From positions 5,332,714-5,396,713 of the forward strand of contig MU053379.1 in assembly GCA_013239625.1 (NCBI GenBank): a stretch of 64,000 nucleotides of DNA. Direction: 5' to 3'. Within the stretch, counting starts at the first letter, position 1. Each line of letters starts with the position of its first letter. Both the position numbers and the translations under genes were made by a program. Below the pieces are notes generated by a model that did no database searches, was not told where the DNA came from, and worked only from the letters and a program-made list of their open reading frames with translations. This document shows, one piece after another, positions 51,590 to 64,000 of the stretch. This DNA comes from Lama guanicoe. Taxonomy: Eukaryota.

Positions 51590-53885
51590 AAACACTTTAA
51601 AATTGAAATAATTACAGATACATAGTAAATTGCAAAAAAAAATTATAGAGAGATTCTGTGTATCCTTCACCCAGTTTCCCCCAATTATACCATCCTACAT
51701 AACTAGAGTATGTGAAAACCTGGAAATTGACATTGATACAATAAGAGATTACTCATATTTTGCCAGTTTTACACTGCAATCATTTGTGAGTGTGTGCATG
51801 TACGTGTGAGTGTGTGTAGTTCTACACAATGTTGTCACATGTGGATTCAGGTATCTGCAAGCACAATCAAGATATATCACTGTCCCCCTCCAAGACTTCC
51901 ACCTGCTGTCCACTAGAACTACCCGCCCACCCCAACCCCCAACCCTTGGCAACAAGTAATCTATTCTCCATGTCTGCAGTTTGGCTATTCCAGGAGGATT
52001 ATACAATGGAATCATGTAATATCTAACTTTTTGAGATTAACTTTTTTTTCATTTAGCCTAATTGCCTTGAGATTCTTTGAAACTATCAATAGTTCATCCC
52101 TTTTTATTGCTAAATAGGATTCCACAGTATGGATGTGGACCGATGTTTTCAACCATCAACTTTTTGAAGGACATCTAAGTTTTTCCCAATTTTTGGCTAT
52201 TCTAAATAGATCAGCTGTGAACATTTATGTACAGGTTTTTGTGTGAACGTAGGTTTTCATTTCTCTGGAATAAATACCCAAGAGTGCTATTGCTAGGGTT
52301 CCATGGCAAGTTTAGTTTAGTTTTGCTTTTGCTTTTGCTTTTTTTTAAACAAATTTTAAAACTGTCCTCCAGACTGGGTCTACCACTTCACACGTCCACA
52401 AGCAATGTGTAAGTAATCTCGGTTTCTCAAATCTTCACCAGAATTTGGTGTTGTCATTATTTTTTATATTAGTTTTTTCTGATAGATGTCCAGTGATATT
52501 TCATCACGGTTTTAATTTCATGTCCCTAAAAGCTAATGAAGCTGAGCACCTTTTCACGCGTTTACTTGTCATCAGAACATCCTGTTGAAATGTCTTTTAC
52601 CAATTTTCTAACTGAAATTTTTTTAATTTTTGTTTTTTCTTTTTTATTCTTGAGTTTTAAGGGTTCTTTGTATATTCTAAATGTAAGACCTCTGCTGGAT
52701 ATGTGGCTTGCAGTCTCTCCAAGTCTGTAGCTTGTCTTTTCATCCAGTTCGTGGGTCTTTCACAGAACAAATGATTTTAATTTGCTTTCCCCTAATGTCA
52801 GTGATGGCAAGAATGTCTTCTCTCTCCACTTACACTCAACACAACATTTGAAGTTCCAGGTAGTACAATAGGACCAGAAAAAGAAATGAGAGGCAAATAC
52901 ATTGGGAAGGAAGAGATAAGTCTGTCCCTACTTGCACACAGAATGATCATCTATGTAGAAAGTCCCAAGGAATCTAAAAACAAAACAAAACAGAACAAAA
53001 AACCTCTTAAAACTGATGAGTTCAACAGGATCACAGGATACAAGATCACCATGTAAAAATCAATTGCATTTCTACATACATATACACACAATGAACATGA
53101 CAGTAAAAACATAATACCATTTATAACTGCTCCAAAGAAAATGAAATAGGCTAAACCAAAAAAACCCCAAAAAACCAAAACAAAACTACAGAATCTGTAT
53201 GCTGAAAATGACAAAATGCTGATGAAAGAAAGCAAAGAAGACCTAAATAAATGGAGACATACCACATTCACATGGGAAGATCCAACACAGTAAAAGTGTC
53301 CATTCAGCCTATCAAAACCCCTCAGGCTTTTTTGCAAACACAGACAAGCTAATTTTAAATTCTCCGCGGAAAAGCACAGACCTATAATAGTTAAAACAAT
53401 TTGAAAGAGAAAGATTCACTCTAGCTGATGTTAAGACTGATCATAGAGCTACAGGAATCCAACGTGTGGTATACGATGATAAGACACGTAGATCAGTGAG
53501 ACAGAATGTGGAACTAGGCATAGGCCCCAAACAATTACTTACTCCCAATGATTTGTGACAAAGATGTAAAAACAATTCAGTGGAGGGAAAAAAGCCTTTT
53601 TAACAAATAGTACTGAACAACTGGACAGCTGTAGACAAAAACAAAAAGTAAACTTTAAACTTAAATCTCACCCTTTATAAAAAAAATTAACTCAAAGTGG
53701 ATTACGGACTCAAATGTAAAACATGAAACTACAGGACTTCAGAAAACAGCATAGGAAAAAATCTGGTGGACTTAGGCTAAGTGAGGAGTTCTTCAACTTG
53801 ACACCAGAAGTATGACCCATAAAAGGAAATACCGATAAAACGAAACTTCCTTTGAATGAGAAAACTATTGCTTCTTGAAAGTCTG
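51590..53885 (-). mobile_element. Old L1 with inverted 5' segment in a PTPN20 intron
   Basis: Antisense 3' part at about 51590-52783, then a plus-oriented ORF2 segment at about 52784-53885. Confidence 0.8.
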
Positions 53886-53959
53886 TTTTTTTTAAATTTA
53901 TAATTTAAGATTAGGCAAATTATAGAAATAAATTTGTATTATTCCTTTTTAACCTTAAC

Positions 53960-55170
53960 TTACTGGTGGTAAAACAAGCTTCACTGAATTATCTTGTCAA
54001 GAAAAGACATAGCTTTCTGAATACAGCTGTTGTGATTAATGAAATGATAATAATGGAAGTGACTGCAAAGAAATGAAGACCAAAAGAGTTCATGTTAATT
54101 TTACCTGGAATTATGATTCTTAATATATTGAGTTTTATAGCCATTCTTGATTGTGAATTGCTAAAACCACACTTGCATTAATTGCAAAGATGTACTGGCT
54201 AACAAAGCAAAGAAACCATTAAAATTTATTTGTCACTCATATAACAAAAGAAAGAAGTTCTAAGACGAAAGAATTATTTCAAAGAATATTAAATTAAAAG
54301 CTCATGTTCAATATTTCACATGTAACATTAATGCTCTTAAGACAGCACTTTGAACTGCTAAGACTAAAAACCCATATACGATTGCCAGACAATGGTCAAA
54401 GACTGTACTAAAGGTGTTTTCTTGAAAATCTGGGGTGATAGTTAAAGTACCATTTTCTAATGACATCACAGCCTGACAAATTCAGGGACTGCCTGGGGAT
54501 GCAGAGTGGTACCAATTTAGGAAACAAATAAAAGTAGCCAAGTGTTTACCACCACAACTTAATAAATGCACAGATATTGCTGACATAGTGATTCAGTGTA
54601 TCTGTGATTTGAACTTCATGTGGTAAGAAGCAAGAGTTCTTCCTTTGCTTGGTTTGATGACTGACAAACACAACTGGTTTTAAATGATATAAAAACGCAA
54701 AGTACTACATGGTCAACAAATGTAATTTGGAGCTTAAGTTTGATGTCGGATTATGTTCTGGCAGTAGAGCTGCAATGACAAAACCAGTCTTGAGGCAGTT
54801 ACACAGATTAAAGAATTTATCCCAAAAGAAGATCAGCACACGGCTTCATCCAGAAAGCCTTGCTACCAAAAACCAAAAACCAAAACCAAAACCAAACCAA
54901 ACCAAACCAAAATAGAACAAAAACCTGCCAGGCGAACTGAACAGTGTGCTTAGTGGGGTGGTAAAGAGCTTTTGGCTTTGTAAAGGTTCATTTGTTAAAT
55001 TTTGGGCTATCCAGCTCATCATGTGATAATACAGAAACTGACAATTAGCAACTGTTACTGCATGCTGAAGATGGTTAGGGAGGAAAGTTCTGTCGAGAAT
55101 GTTTCAGCTACAGACCAATCTCAGAGCTTTGGCAAGAGAAGAGCCAGTCTGTTCCCAATATTTTAAGGAT
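53960..55170 (+). mobile_element. Degenerate hAT/Charlie transposase fragment
   Basis: Frameshifted remnants resembling Charlie/Buster motifs: DVLAN...KP, AKTKNPYTIA, VPFSNDI, LQL..CTDIA, H.FI.RE and LLLHAE..W...GKVLSRMF. Confidence 0.75.
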
Positions 55171-57261
55171 TTTTAAGCAAGCTTGATAAAAATAAAAATG
55201 ACTATAAAATAATAGCTAATAAAAAGAAATAAATGGTTACATCTTCTCAGATTTTCATATCCTTTAGAGTTATAATTAATAAACTAATCTTAAAATATCA
55301 GTGGTCACAACGTGTCCAGCCACACGTGGCTGGTATGCAGTCTGCAGCACGTGAGACACCCTGTGTGAGTTCCACGACACGCAAACTGGTCTACACTCTG
55401 CTCAGCAGGGCCAACTCACTGTCATGCTCTCGGATGTTGCAGTGATGCATCAGACTGCTTTGAAAGTTTCTAAATGCTTACTCTCAATGCAGAAAATGTA
55501 TCTTGCTGCAAATAATGAACATACACAAATTGGTGTTGGCCCAAGACCATACTTTGACTGGCTCTGGTAGAAAAAATTTCTGGGAAGAGTGGACAGGGAC
55601 ATCCATACGAGCATTTGACAGCCCAGGGTCTACAGAAAGCCAGTAAGGAAACAAGGGGTGTGTCTCCTGTTTCTGAACCACATCTAAGCGTCCGTCATTG
55701 TAAAGTACATCACTAGCTTATGTCCCATAAGAGACATTGTTAATTAAGCTGACAGACGACTCTTATAAAACACACTTTGAACTTAAAGAAGGTATAACGA
55801 GGGGAAAAAAAACCCAGTGCTCCTTAGAATCGTAAAATATAAAATTTACAGTTTTTACAGTTTCTATAAGGAACACAAAATAAGGACAAATATAAACAAA
55901 TGACAATTATGATGAAGAATATATAAAATAAGAACTCTGCTAATGCATTTTCTGTTAGAATAAAACAACATAAACTATGGGAACTGGTAACATCAGACTG
56001 ACACTACTTAAATTTTCAGCATTTTTGAGGACATTTGTCATTTTTTTGATCACCTCATTTATATTCATTCTTTGTAATAAAACTCTCAGCTTGCTTTGGA
56101 AAACTGTTCCTCTCTTCATTCACAACCTCATGTCCTGGAGTAGCCCGACTGCCCTAAATGGACCAGCATCTCCCATGGTGATTAGTTTAGGGGAAGGGCC
56201 ATAACTCAGCTGGAACCAGAGGAGTGCCAGGAGACACCAGCTGAGGCTTCTGAGGAAAAGGAACTTCCTCTGTCCTCCAGGGAGTTACCCCCGACATAAT
56301 AACAGCCCTCGGGATGGAGAGGAGTGGGGCCCGTGCAGTTCATCTGCTGTCACGGGGGAGAGCCTGCCATTGCTGGGCTCTAACGGCGTGAAGTCTGAGA
56401 GAGCAGAGAGCTGACACCGGTTCCGCTAACAGGGTAGCGGTGCAGGACCTGTCCACCTGGGCAGGTGCCTCATAGCCCCTGCTTTCTCACGACTGAGGTG
56501 TGGGTTTCTGTATGCTTGGCGGACATGGTGAGAGCGCTTCCTCCCAGCGCCCGCTTCCCCTCCTCACAGGCAGGAAGACAGTTTTCAGCAGGTAGGCCTT
56601 TCAGGGCACATATCTAAAGCCACGTTCCCTAACTGGCTGAGTCAGTGCTAAAGGTAACAGGATCACAGTATGTCTAATTCTTGCGTCTACACCTTAGCTG
56701 GTTACACATTCAGGGAGGAAGTAAAGAACTGTCAATGGCTGACTCAAACCCAACAGTCTCATCGTCCTTACTTTGTAGAAGAGAACACTAGCTTTCAGAG
56801 ACGATGAGCAACGCCACAGTCGCCAGAAGCTAAAGAACGTGGTAGAACCGACAGCCACACCCGGGGCCTCTCACTGACGCTGGAGCCTAACCTGCTCACG
56901 CGCACGTACTTCTGTTCGTTAAAAACAGGCCCATGCCGTCAACATCCTCTAACAGGATTCTAAAACCTGCATGTGTGGGGTGGAGGGAAGGAAAGGGAAA
57001 ATGAACTCAGTTTACTGTGTCCCTACTACGCTCCAGACACTGTGCTAAGCCATTCATTTGCATTCTGTACTTTAATCCTCACAATCATCTCCAAGAACCT
57101 GCAGCAGTTAAGTGAGAGGCAGGTAGCCAAAGCTCGTGTGCTATTTACTAAGTCGCTCCTGGAAGCCAAATATGAATCTTCAGATACTAGAAGGCTGTAC
57201 TGTACTAGAAGTACAGTGTTTGCTAACAGCATTGGTTTATCTGCTTAATTCACACACTTAC

Positions 57262-57477
57262 TGGGAAGTTCCTTTCAATGGCATGGAACACGACATCCAT
57301 ACAGAGGAACACCCCTGTGCGGCCCACACCAGCACTGCAGTGAACAAGGACGGGTCCTGTAAGGTGGCTCTTCCTCACATAACGAACATACTTTATGAAA
57401 CCTTCTGCGGAGGCAGGAATGCCATGGTCTGGCCAACTGGTGAACTGCAAGTGTTTTACAAAGTGACTAGTTCCTGT
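57262..57477 (-). CDS. PTPN20: PTPN20 coding exon with WPD loop and catalytic P-loop
   Basis: ccacag| ... |gtaagt; 216 nt, phase 0/0. TGTSHFVKHLQFTSWPDHGIPASAEGFIKYVRYVRKSHLTGPVLVHCSAGVGRTGVFLCMDVVFHAIERNFP; the signature HCSAGxGRTG is intact. Confidence 0.96.
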
Positions 57478-57679
57478 CTGTGGAGGGTGGGAGGTGGGGA
57501 GGGAAAGAGGGAGAAAGGGGGAGAGAGTGGGAGAGAGGGAGGGGGTGAGAGAGAGAGAGACGAAAAGGGGAGGGAAGAAGAGAGACTTCTCAACTTCTTA
57601 TATTAGAGATCTCATGTCAATTTCTACTGTACCAGATACAATACTAATGATTACATTAATATGTTAATAAAAATAAGAA

Positions 57680-57870
57680 TACTAACAGGTAACATGAACT
57701 GAGCACTTAACAGTGTGCCAGGCACTGTGCTAAGGACTTGACACACAGTATCTCATTTAACCCGCACGTCAACCCTGGGGAACAGGCACACGTTATCCTC
57801 ATTTCACAGATGAAGAAGTAAGAGCTGGAGTGACCCACAGAGGTATGCTAGGTCAGGAGGCTCACAGGCT
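57680..57870. mobile_element. MIR SINE
   Basis: tgagcactta...gtgccaggcactgtgctaag...tctcatttaa...cctcatttcacagatgaagaa. Confidence 0.8.
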
Positions 57871-60204
57871 TGGAGCTGGACAAGAGGGTAGGCCCCCCAG
57901 GTCAACCCTACCACCTTCCTTCTGCACCATGAGGCCACAGGCAAGCCAAGAATCCAGACGCTTTAAGTGAAAGATGAGCTGACATGTTAGGAATAAGATA
58001 AAACAGCAGTCTATCTTGGCTTATGTATCATGATGCTAAATCTAATTAAAAGAGGTAGGTGCTGCCAAGTTGGGTCAGGTCGGTGGGGGGGGCGACGTCC
58101 TCTGGCGATGAGGACTGGGTGGTTAATGACCATGTGCGTAGACTTTGGTCGCAACTCTTGCGCTGAGCCCCCTGAAAGTGGGGTTGTGGGACTCTCCTCA
58201 GGGTCGACAGGTAAAGCACTTGAGCTCACCCATCGCCCCCTCCAGAGGGCTCACCCTTTCCCCAGGGTGGGGCCCTCATCTTACTTCACTGGGCGCCCTT
58301 GTGAAAACACTCAGGGTGGGTTTCTCACTCCTCCTCTGCTTCTCCCTAATGCACCTCTTCTTCCTAAGTTCCACACAGAAAATCAAGTGTGAATCATTTG
58401 TACATGAAATCGGATGACGAAAACAATACCTGAAAATCTTGTGAAGGCGCCAAGTTAAGGACAGCGCTCATCCCATCACACGGTTCAGGGATTAAATCTT
58501 TCCTGCCCCTGCTGACCACTGAGAAACTGAATAAAGGTGGGTTTCACTGCTTGCCCGACCTAGTGCCATGAAGACAGAACCCGCGGTTCAGATTCTCCAA
58601 ACGTAAACCCCGTGGTTCTGATGTTTGTGGGCCTCAGCCCAAAGGCCACCACCCTAGGCACCCTTGCCAAAGCTCCACAGGTGGATCTGAGCATTTGCAT
58701 CCTGGCAGACAGGTCATTCCTCCATGCCTTCCACCTGGCCTGTGTTCTCCAAGCATGCTGTCCTCCCGTAGCACACACCACATGTCATCTGGAACTGGGT
58801 CTTCCTTCCTCACCAGACGTAAGCACTCTAAGACTGAGACTGCATCTGCTTTCCACCTGCAGCATCTGGCATGATACTTGGTTAATCAGAGGGAATCAGC
58901 AAGTATTAGGGGAACGAGGGAGCAGGCAAATCCCCAGGTGCACAGGCAAGCACAGGGCTCAGCACACAGCAGCGAGCTCCCCACCAGCGTCAGCCATCAT
59001 CGTTCTCGGCCTCCCTGGTCACTACTCTGTGCTCTGATCCTCCCCACGCCCCTCAATTCTACCTCTTCCCCTCCCTCCCGACTCCTCTCTCTCTTCCATG
59101 TCTCCCTTTGCACGCAGGCCCCCATCCGACAGTAAACTCTCGGAAACCCTCATCACTTCCCTAAATGCTGCTTCTACTTTCTTGCCTCCCCACCCATGAC
59201 ACTGCACTCTGCAGCCCTCGCTAATCCAGGCACCTGTTCTCCTGTGCGTGTAGCGATTAGGTTGAAGACTCCCTGCTGTCCAATGCTATTTCCAATTCAT
59301 TCCTTCTCCTGGTACAAAAACTGCTCTTCCTTTTGAATGTCATACCTCCTAGCTCCACCTGCTCATTGCTATCACCCAGTGGCTGAACCTCCTGGTCCAT
59401 CTGCCACGTTCACCAGAGATGCTGCCCGTCTCCTGACGACAGACTCTGACAGGGCAAATTTGAGATCTCAACAGCCCAGCAGACACTCTAACCTCACATT
59501 TTTATTTCTCTCTTGCAAAGGGGACCATTCCTTTCTTTCACTCCTCACACTGATGATCATGCATTGGACTTAACCACCACCTATACTGTCCAGTATAAAA
59601 AAACCTCCCAGTTCTTAAATTCCAACATCATTTTCTGATCAGGAGCTCATATGCCACCACCTCATTTGTGCTTCACTTCACTCCAACAACGTGTCCAAAT
59701 GCATCTCTCCCTTCCTTGATGGCCTCCATTTCCTCCTCATTGACTGTGCCCTGATTCCATCTGCCTCTCCAAATTTATAGACTTCATGGCTGATTATCTA
59801 AATCATTCTCTTACCAAACTGTCAACTCCTTTCATTCTTTGAATCTTGCTACATATACCGAACAACATCCCACCATGGGTCAGTCCCACAACCGGTGTTC
59901 AGGAATCCCATGGTTAGGACAAAAACAATTGCATAGTTGCGTGTTTTATAGCTATTGCAGATTTACGGGCTCCAACCTCAGCACCTCCAGCACCCTTTTC
60001 CTGATCATTGTCTGTGCTCCAATCATCACTTGAAGCTTCCTGTTTAACCCCCACTCCCTTCACTCCTGTAGAACACAAGTATCCCCTACCTGCTAATCAA
60101 ATCCACTTAGAGCAAGGTAACTCATACTTTCTCCTATAAATCATTCACTTTCTATTATCTGAGTCTGTTAGAGTAAGAAATGAATTATTCTATGAATTAT
60201 TCTA

Positions 60205-60407
60205 GACCAGTACTTCCCAAAGAACTTTCTACAATGATGCAAACACTTTGTATCTGTGCTGCCCATACAGCAGCACTAGTTAACATGCGACTAAACACGA
60301 CAAGTGTGATTACTGCAAGTGAGGAACGGAACTGGTTATTTTATGTAAGGTTAAGTAATTTAATCTAAACTTAAATAGCCACATGTGGCTTTGTATTGGA
60401 CAGCATA
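60205..60407. mobile_element. MER3-like hAT element
   Basis: agaactttctacaatgatgcaaa...tatctgtgctgccc...aaatagccacatgtggct...attggacagca. Confidence 0.75.
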
Positions 60408-61251
60408 ACTTTTCAACACTCCTTGTAAGTCACAAGTCATAAGTCATGTATAAGTCTGCCAATTTTATCTTTGCTGTCTAATTGTTACCTGCTAGTTGGT
60501 CACGGGCCCTTCTAACTAAAATTCTTCAGCTGTCTCCCAATTATCTCCATAATAAAGTTCGGGTTCCTGAGCTGAAGTCCAAGATAGTTCCCTGTCTATT
60601 CTCTATAGCCTCCTCTCAGCTCTGACTACTCCCTGGCACTGTGACTTTACATTCCAGAAACACGTAACTACCTACGTCTCTCTACATATCCCGTGCTCTT
60701 TTATACCTTGGCCATCTACTTCCTCTTTCCATCTTTCTCACGGGTAAGTCTCAATCCAGATGTCACCTCCTCTAGAAAACCTTTCCATGAAACCCAAGCA
60801 GAGCTAGGTGCTTCCTCCTGGGCCCCCAAAGCACCCCATACAGATCTCAGTGTTGCCAGTGAGCAGAGGAACTGGAAGTATCGGGGGCGTACCGAGCTCT
60901 CCACTACTCGGTGTGGAGCGGTAGTGCCTGGCACCGTGATCGTCGGCATATCTAAGGACTCGATGCGTATCTGTCACACTCAGAAGCAGCTGAAGTGCGT
61001 CCCAGGATCAGGCAACTTCCAGTACTCACTCTCAACCGCCCCAACTCCCCTTTCCAGTTTTTCCATCTCTCCAGAGTTTGGTTAGGCAGGAGGAGAAGTG
61101 GTGCTGTCTTAGTTTCTGGTCCCAGGGAGAAGTAAAAACAAGTTACTTTAAAGTATCCCCAGCTGTATCCACCCTCCTAACTTCTCCTGACACGTGTGCT
61201 TCCATAATGAAAGATGTATCTCTGAATAGATGAGTTTTTTTTTAAACTTAC

Positions 61252-61586
61252 GGACTTCCTGACAACTTGAAATATTCGAACAACGAAACTCTGAAGTATC
61301 TGGTAGCTCTCCAGGAAGACACGACAGCTTTTCAAGTCCAAAGACTTCTTCATCGAAATGGGCCAGTAACGGTGGCATTTGATAACTCCATCTTCTACCT
61401 CTCTGGTTATCATGGCAATAACATTAGAGTTGTTTTCCACAACCATCTGCCAGAAGTCGTCTGTGGTACCTGGCAGTGGCCCCTGGGTGGCGATATAGTA
61501 ATACTCTTCCCCAGCATTGACGATTTTAACGTAACTAGCGTTGATGTAGTCCTTGTCTTCCCCAAGGAGAACACGTGTTGAATCAT
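61252..61586 (-). CDS. PTPN20: PTPN20 coding exon, N-terminal part of the PTP catalytic domain
   Basis: Acceptor ...gtaacag| and donor |gtaagt; 335 nt (2 nt + 111 codons). Translates to (Y)DSTRVLLGEDKDYINASYVKIVNAGEEYYYIATQGPLPGTTDDFWQMVVENNSNVIAMITREVEDGVIKCHRYWP...VVRKS, with classical PTP motifs (DYINASY, YIATQGPL, DFWQMV, KCxxYWP) that closely match PTPN20 as I recall it. Confidence 0.95.
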
Positions 61587-62685
61587 CTGTTACGAAACCA
61601 GAAACATCCGGTGGGCAAAGGAGGCGTGGGAGACGCCGCACACCCAGACCTCATGGAAACACTTCGCGTGAGGGAGTCTGCTTACCTCTGACCAACAAAG
61701 AAGACGGCATTTTGAAAGGTGTTTCCTTTCAAAATGGTTACCTCAGCCCATGAACTTAAAATGTTCCCTCCTGAAAACCTACTGGTATGGCTTAAGGAAT
61801 ATAGTTAGGATAAGGTAGTTTTTTTTTTTTTTAAACTCAGTTGCTACTAAACAGAGAAGGATGCCATCAGAATCCAGACACTTTGGGAGATTTCTGTTAG
61901 ACATGGCATCGGTGGGATCAGGCCGAGGGAGGCACCTCCTAGCCTGTAACCAAACACAGCAAAGGGGAAGCGCTCTGAGGAAGCAAGTGAGTGAGCGACA
62001 GGCTCCTACAAATCCAGAGAACAGGCAAGCCCAGAGCAGCAGGGGCTGGAGTGGAAGAGGAAGACTGGGGTAGTGACCAGATACAAACCCTAGGGTTACT
62101 GGAATTCTGCCAGTGGCCCCCCACATAAGCTGCCATCTTTTACGTCCATTTTCAGCTTTCACCTGGTGAAGTGGCATGCTAATCAAAGCAAAGGTACTGT
62201 GACAAAAGTATGCTGCAAAGTAGTGGATTTGCTCCAAGTAACACGGGGCTCATCTAACATGAACTATTAGAATATGGGGGGGAGGTCCAACTACTTGGCT
62301 CTCTGTAAACTCCACCGGCCCAGGAGCTATTTCTTCACTTTACATGGACATCTGGGGCTCTGGTCCCACCACTGCTCCCACAGAGAGAATAAAAGGAGGG
62401 TCCTTCTACCACGCAGTGTTCTCGCCCATAGTCCCTCCCTGCTACTCAAGGTCATGCCGCCCACTTATCCAGCAAATACGCTGTGACCGAGATCACTGAA
62501 CAGGGCTCACACAATTTCTGACAGAACATTTTTCAAACTCCAAAATAGCAAACAAACATCTCGTAAATATGAATACATAGGAAAAACAATGACTAGATAT
62601 ACAAAGACAGCCAGCACTTCACAAAAGGAGACCATGCTGAGACATCAGAGCAAATGTCCTCCTTTTCATAAGAGGGAAGAGTGTA

Positions 62686-63065
62686 TTTTTTTTTAGCTTT
62701 TATTTTTTATTTTTTGTAATATATATCACATTTTTAAAACATTTTTTATTGACTTATAATCATTTTACAATGCTGTGTCAAATTCCAGTGTGGAGCACAA
62801 TTTTTCAGTTATACATAAACATACATACATTCATTGTCACATTTTTTTCTCTGTGAGCTACCATAAGATCTTGTGCATATTTCCCTGTGCTACACAGTAT
62901 AATCTTGTTTATCTATTCTACGATTTTGAAATCGCTCATATGTGGAATCTAAAACAAAAAACAAAAAACAAACAAAGCATAAATACAGAACAGAAACAGA
63001 CTCACAGACATAGAATACAGACTTGTGGTTGCCAGGGGGGCGGGGGGTGGGAAGGGACAGACTGG
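62686..63065 (-). mobile_element. Young short L1 with 5' inversion
   Basis: Poly(T) tail and antisense 3' UTR to about 62933, then the adjacent upstream L1 segment in plus orientation; imperfect TSD gagggaaga(gtg)tatttt / gaggggaagaatatttt. Confidence 0.85.
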
Positions 63066-63639
63066 AGGGAAGAATATTTTTAAAAACTCCTATTTGTACT
63101 TTAAATGGAATCTGAGGAAACCTTATTTTATTATTTAAAAGGATGATATATATGTTTTTATTGACATAAATTTGTTAAATTATTCAATTATAAAGGAGGT
63201 AAAAGAGCATTAAAGTAAGATCTTTCATCATATATATATACACACATATACATATATATCATATATAAACATACAATCTAAAAACTTGGCAAGTATTTAT
63301 CAAAATGCTAGCAGTGGCTATTTTATTATCTAAAATTTCTTAGAGCGAACATGTAATATTTTGTAGCAGAAAATAATTTTTTTATTATCAAAAGGGAGAT
63401 TTGTTATGTGAAAATTAAACAACATAAAGTAATGAAAGCTTGCTTTCAAATAAAAACCATAATTACTCAATTAAAATCCCTAAAGTGAGAAGTGAACAGA
63501 AGAACAAATTAATGATTTAAAAAACTGGCTTAAGGAAGTTTACCAGAACTCAAAAAAAAAAAAAAGTGAAAAAAATGACAATAATTATTAAAATGCTAAA
63601 GGATGCAGAGCATGTAACAGGAATTCATAAAAGGAACTT

Positions 63640-64000
63640 CAACCCAGGAATCCCGCTCCTAGGCATAAATCCAGAAGGAACCCTACTTCAAAAAGACACC
63701 TGCACCCCAATGTTCATAGCAGCACTATTTACAACAGCCAAGACATGGAAACAGCCTAAATGTCCATCAACAGATGACTGGATAAAGAAGATGTGGTATA
63801 TTTATACAATGGAATACTATTCAGCCATAAAACCCGACAACATAACGCCATTTGCAGCAACACGGATGTGCCTGGAGAACGTCATTCTAAGTGAAGTAAG
63901 CCAGAAAGAGAAAGAAAAATACAATTTTGAGATCGCTTATATGTGGAATCTAAAAAAAAACACGACAACATACAAAACAGAAACAGACTCATAGACACAG
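63640..64000 (+). mobile_element. Young L1 3' end (runs off the window)
   Basis: ORF2 C-terminus GIPLLGINPE...KDTCTPMFIAALFTTAKTWKQPKCPSTDDWIKKMWYIYTMEYYSA. Confidence 0.92.

Noticed and set aside
53960..55170. Domesticated transposase gene
   Set aside because: Multiple stops and frameshifts; a fossil Charlie-type element.

Overview
Mammalian genomic DNA, most likely a camelid: it carries tRNA-Ala-derived SINEs of the camelid type and young lineage-type L1 3' ends, and has two N gaps. The only protein-coding gene I recognise is the 3' part of the tyrosine phosphatase PTPN20 on the minus strand. Four coding exons (61586-61252, 57477-57262, 50771-50709, 49904-49839) splice in frame and encode an intact PTP domain (INASY, WPD loop, HCSAGVGRTG, Q-loop); its 5' exons lie beyond the window. 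A CpG island at about 1.0-1.9 kb looks like a bidirectional promoter, with a minus-strand first exon (MADKGS|gtgagc) and a plus-strand spliced exon at 2501-2594; I cannot name either gene. Most of the rest is L1, SINE, MIR/L2, LTR and hAT debris, and most ORF-track entries are spurious. Observations worth follow-up are an orphan CpG-island/first-exon fragment fused to an L1 3' end (about 13.9-14.3 kb), a 512-bp near-perfect tandem duplication, three 5'-inverted L1s, an octamer/CCAAT-rich solo LTR, local AT-to-GC drift in an old L1, and a long AG-free pyrimidine tract before the catalytic exon. I see no convincing evidence of a wholly new biological system. Repeat boundaries and subfamily names were judged by eye and are approximate.
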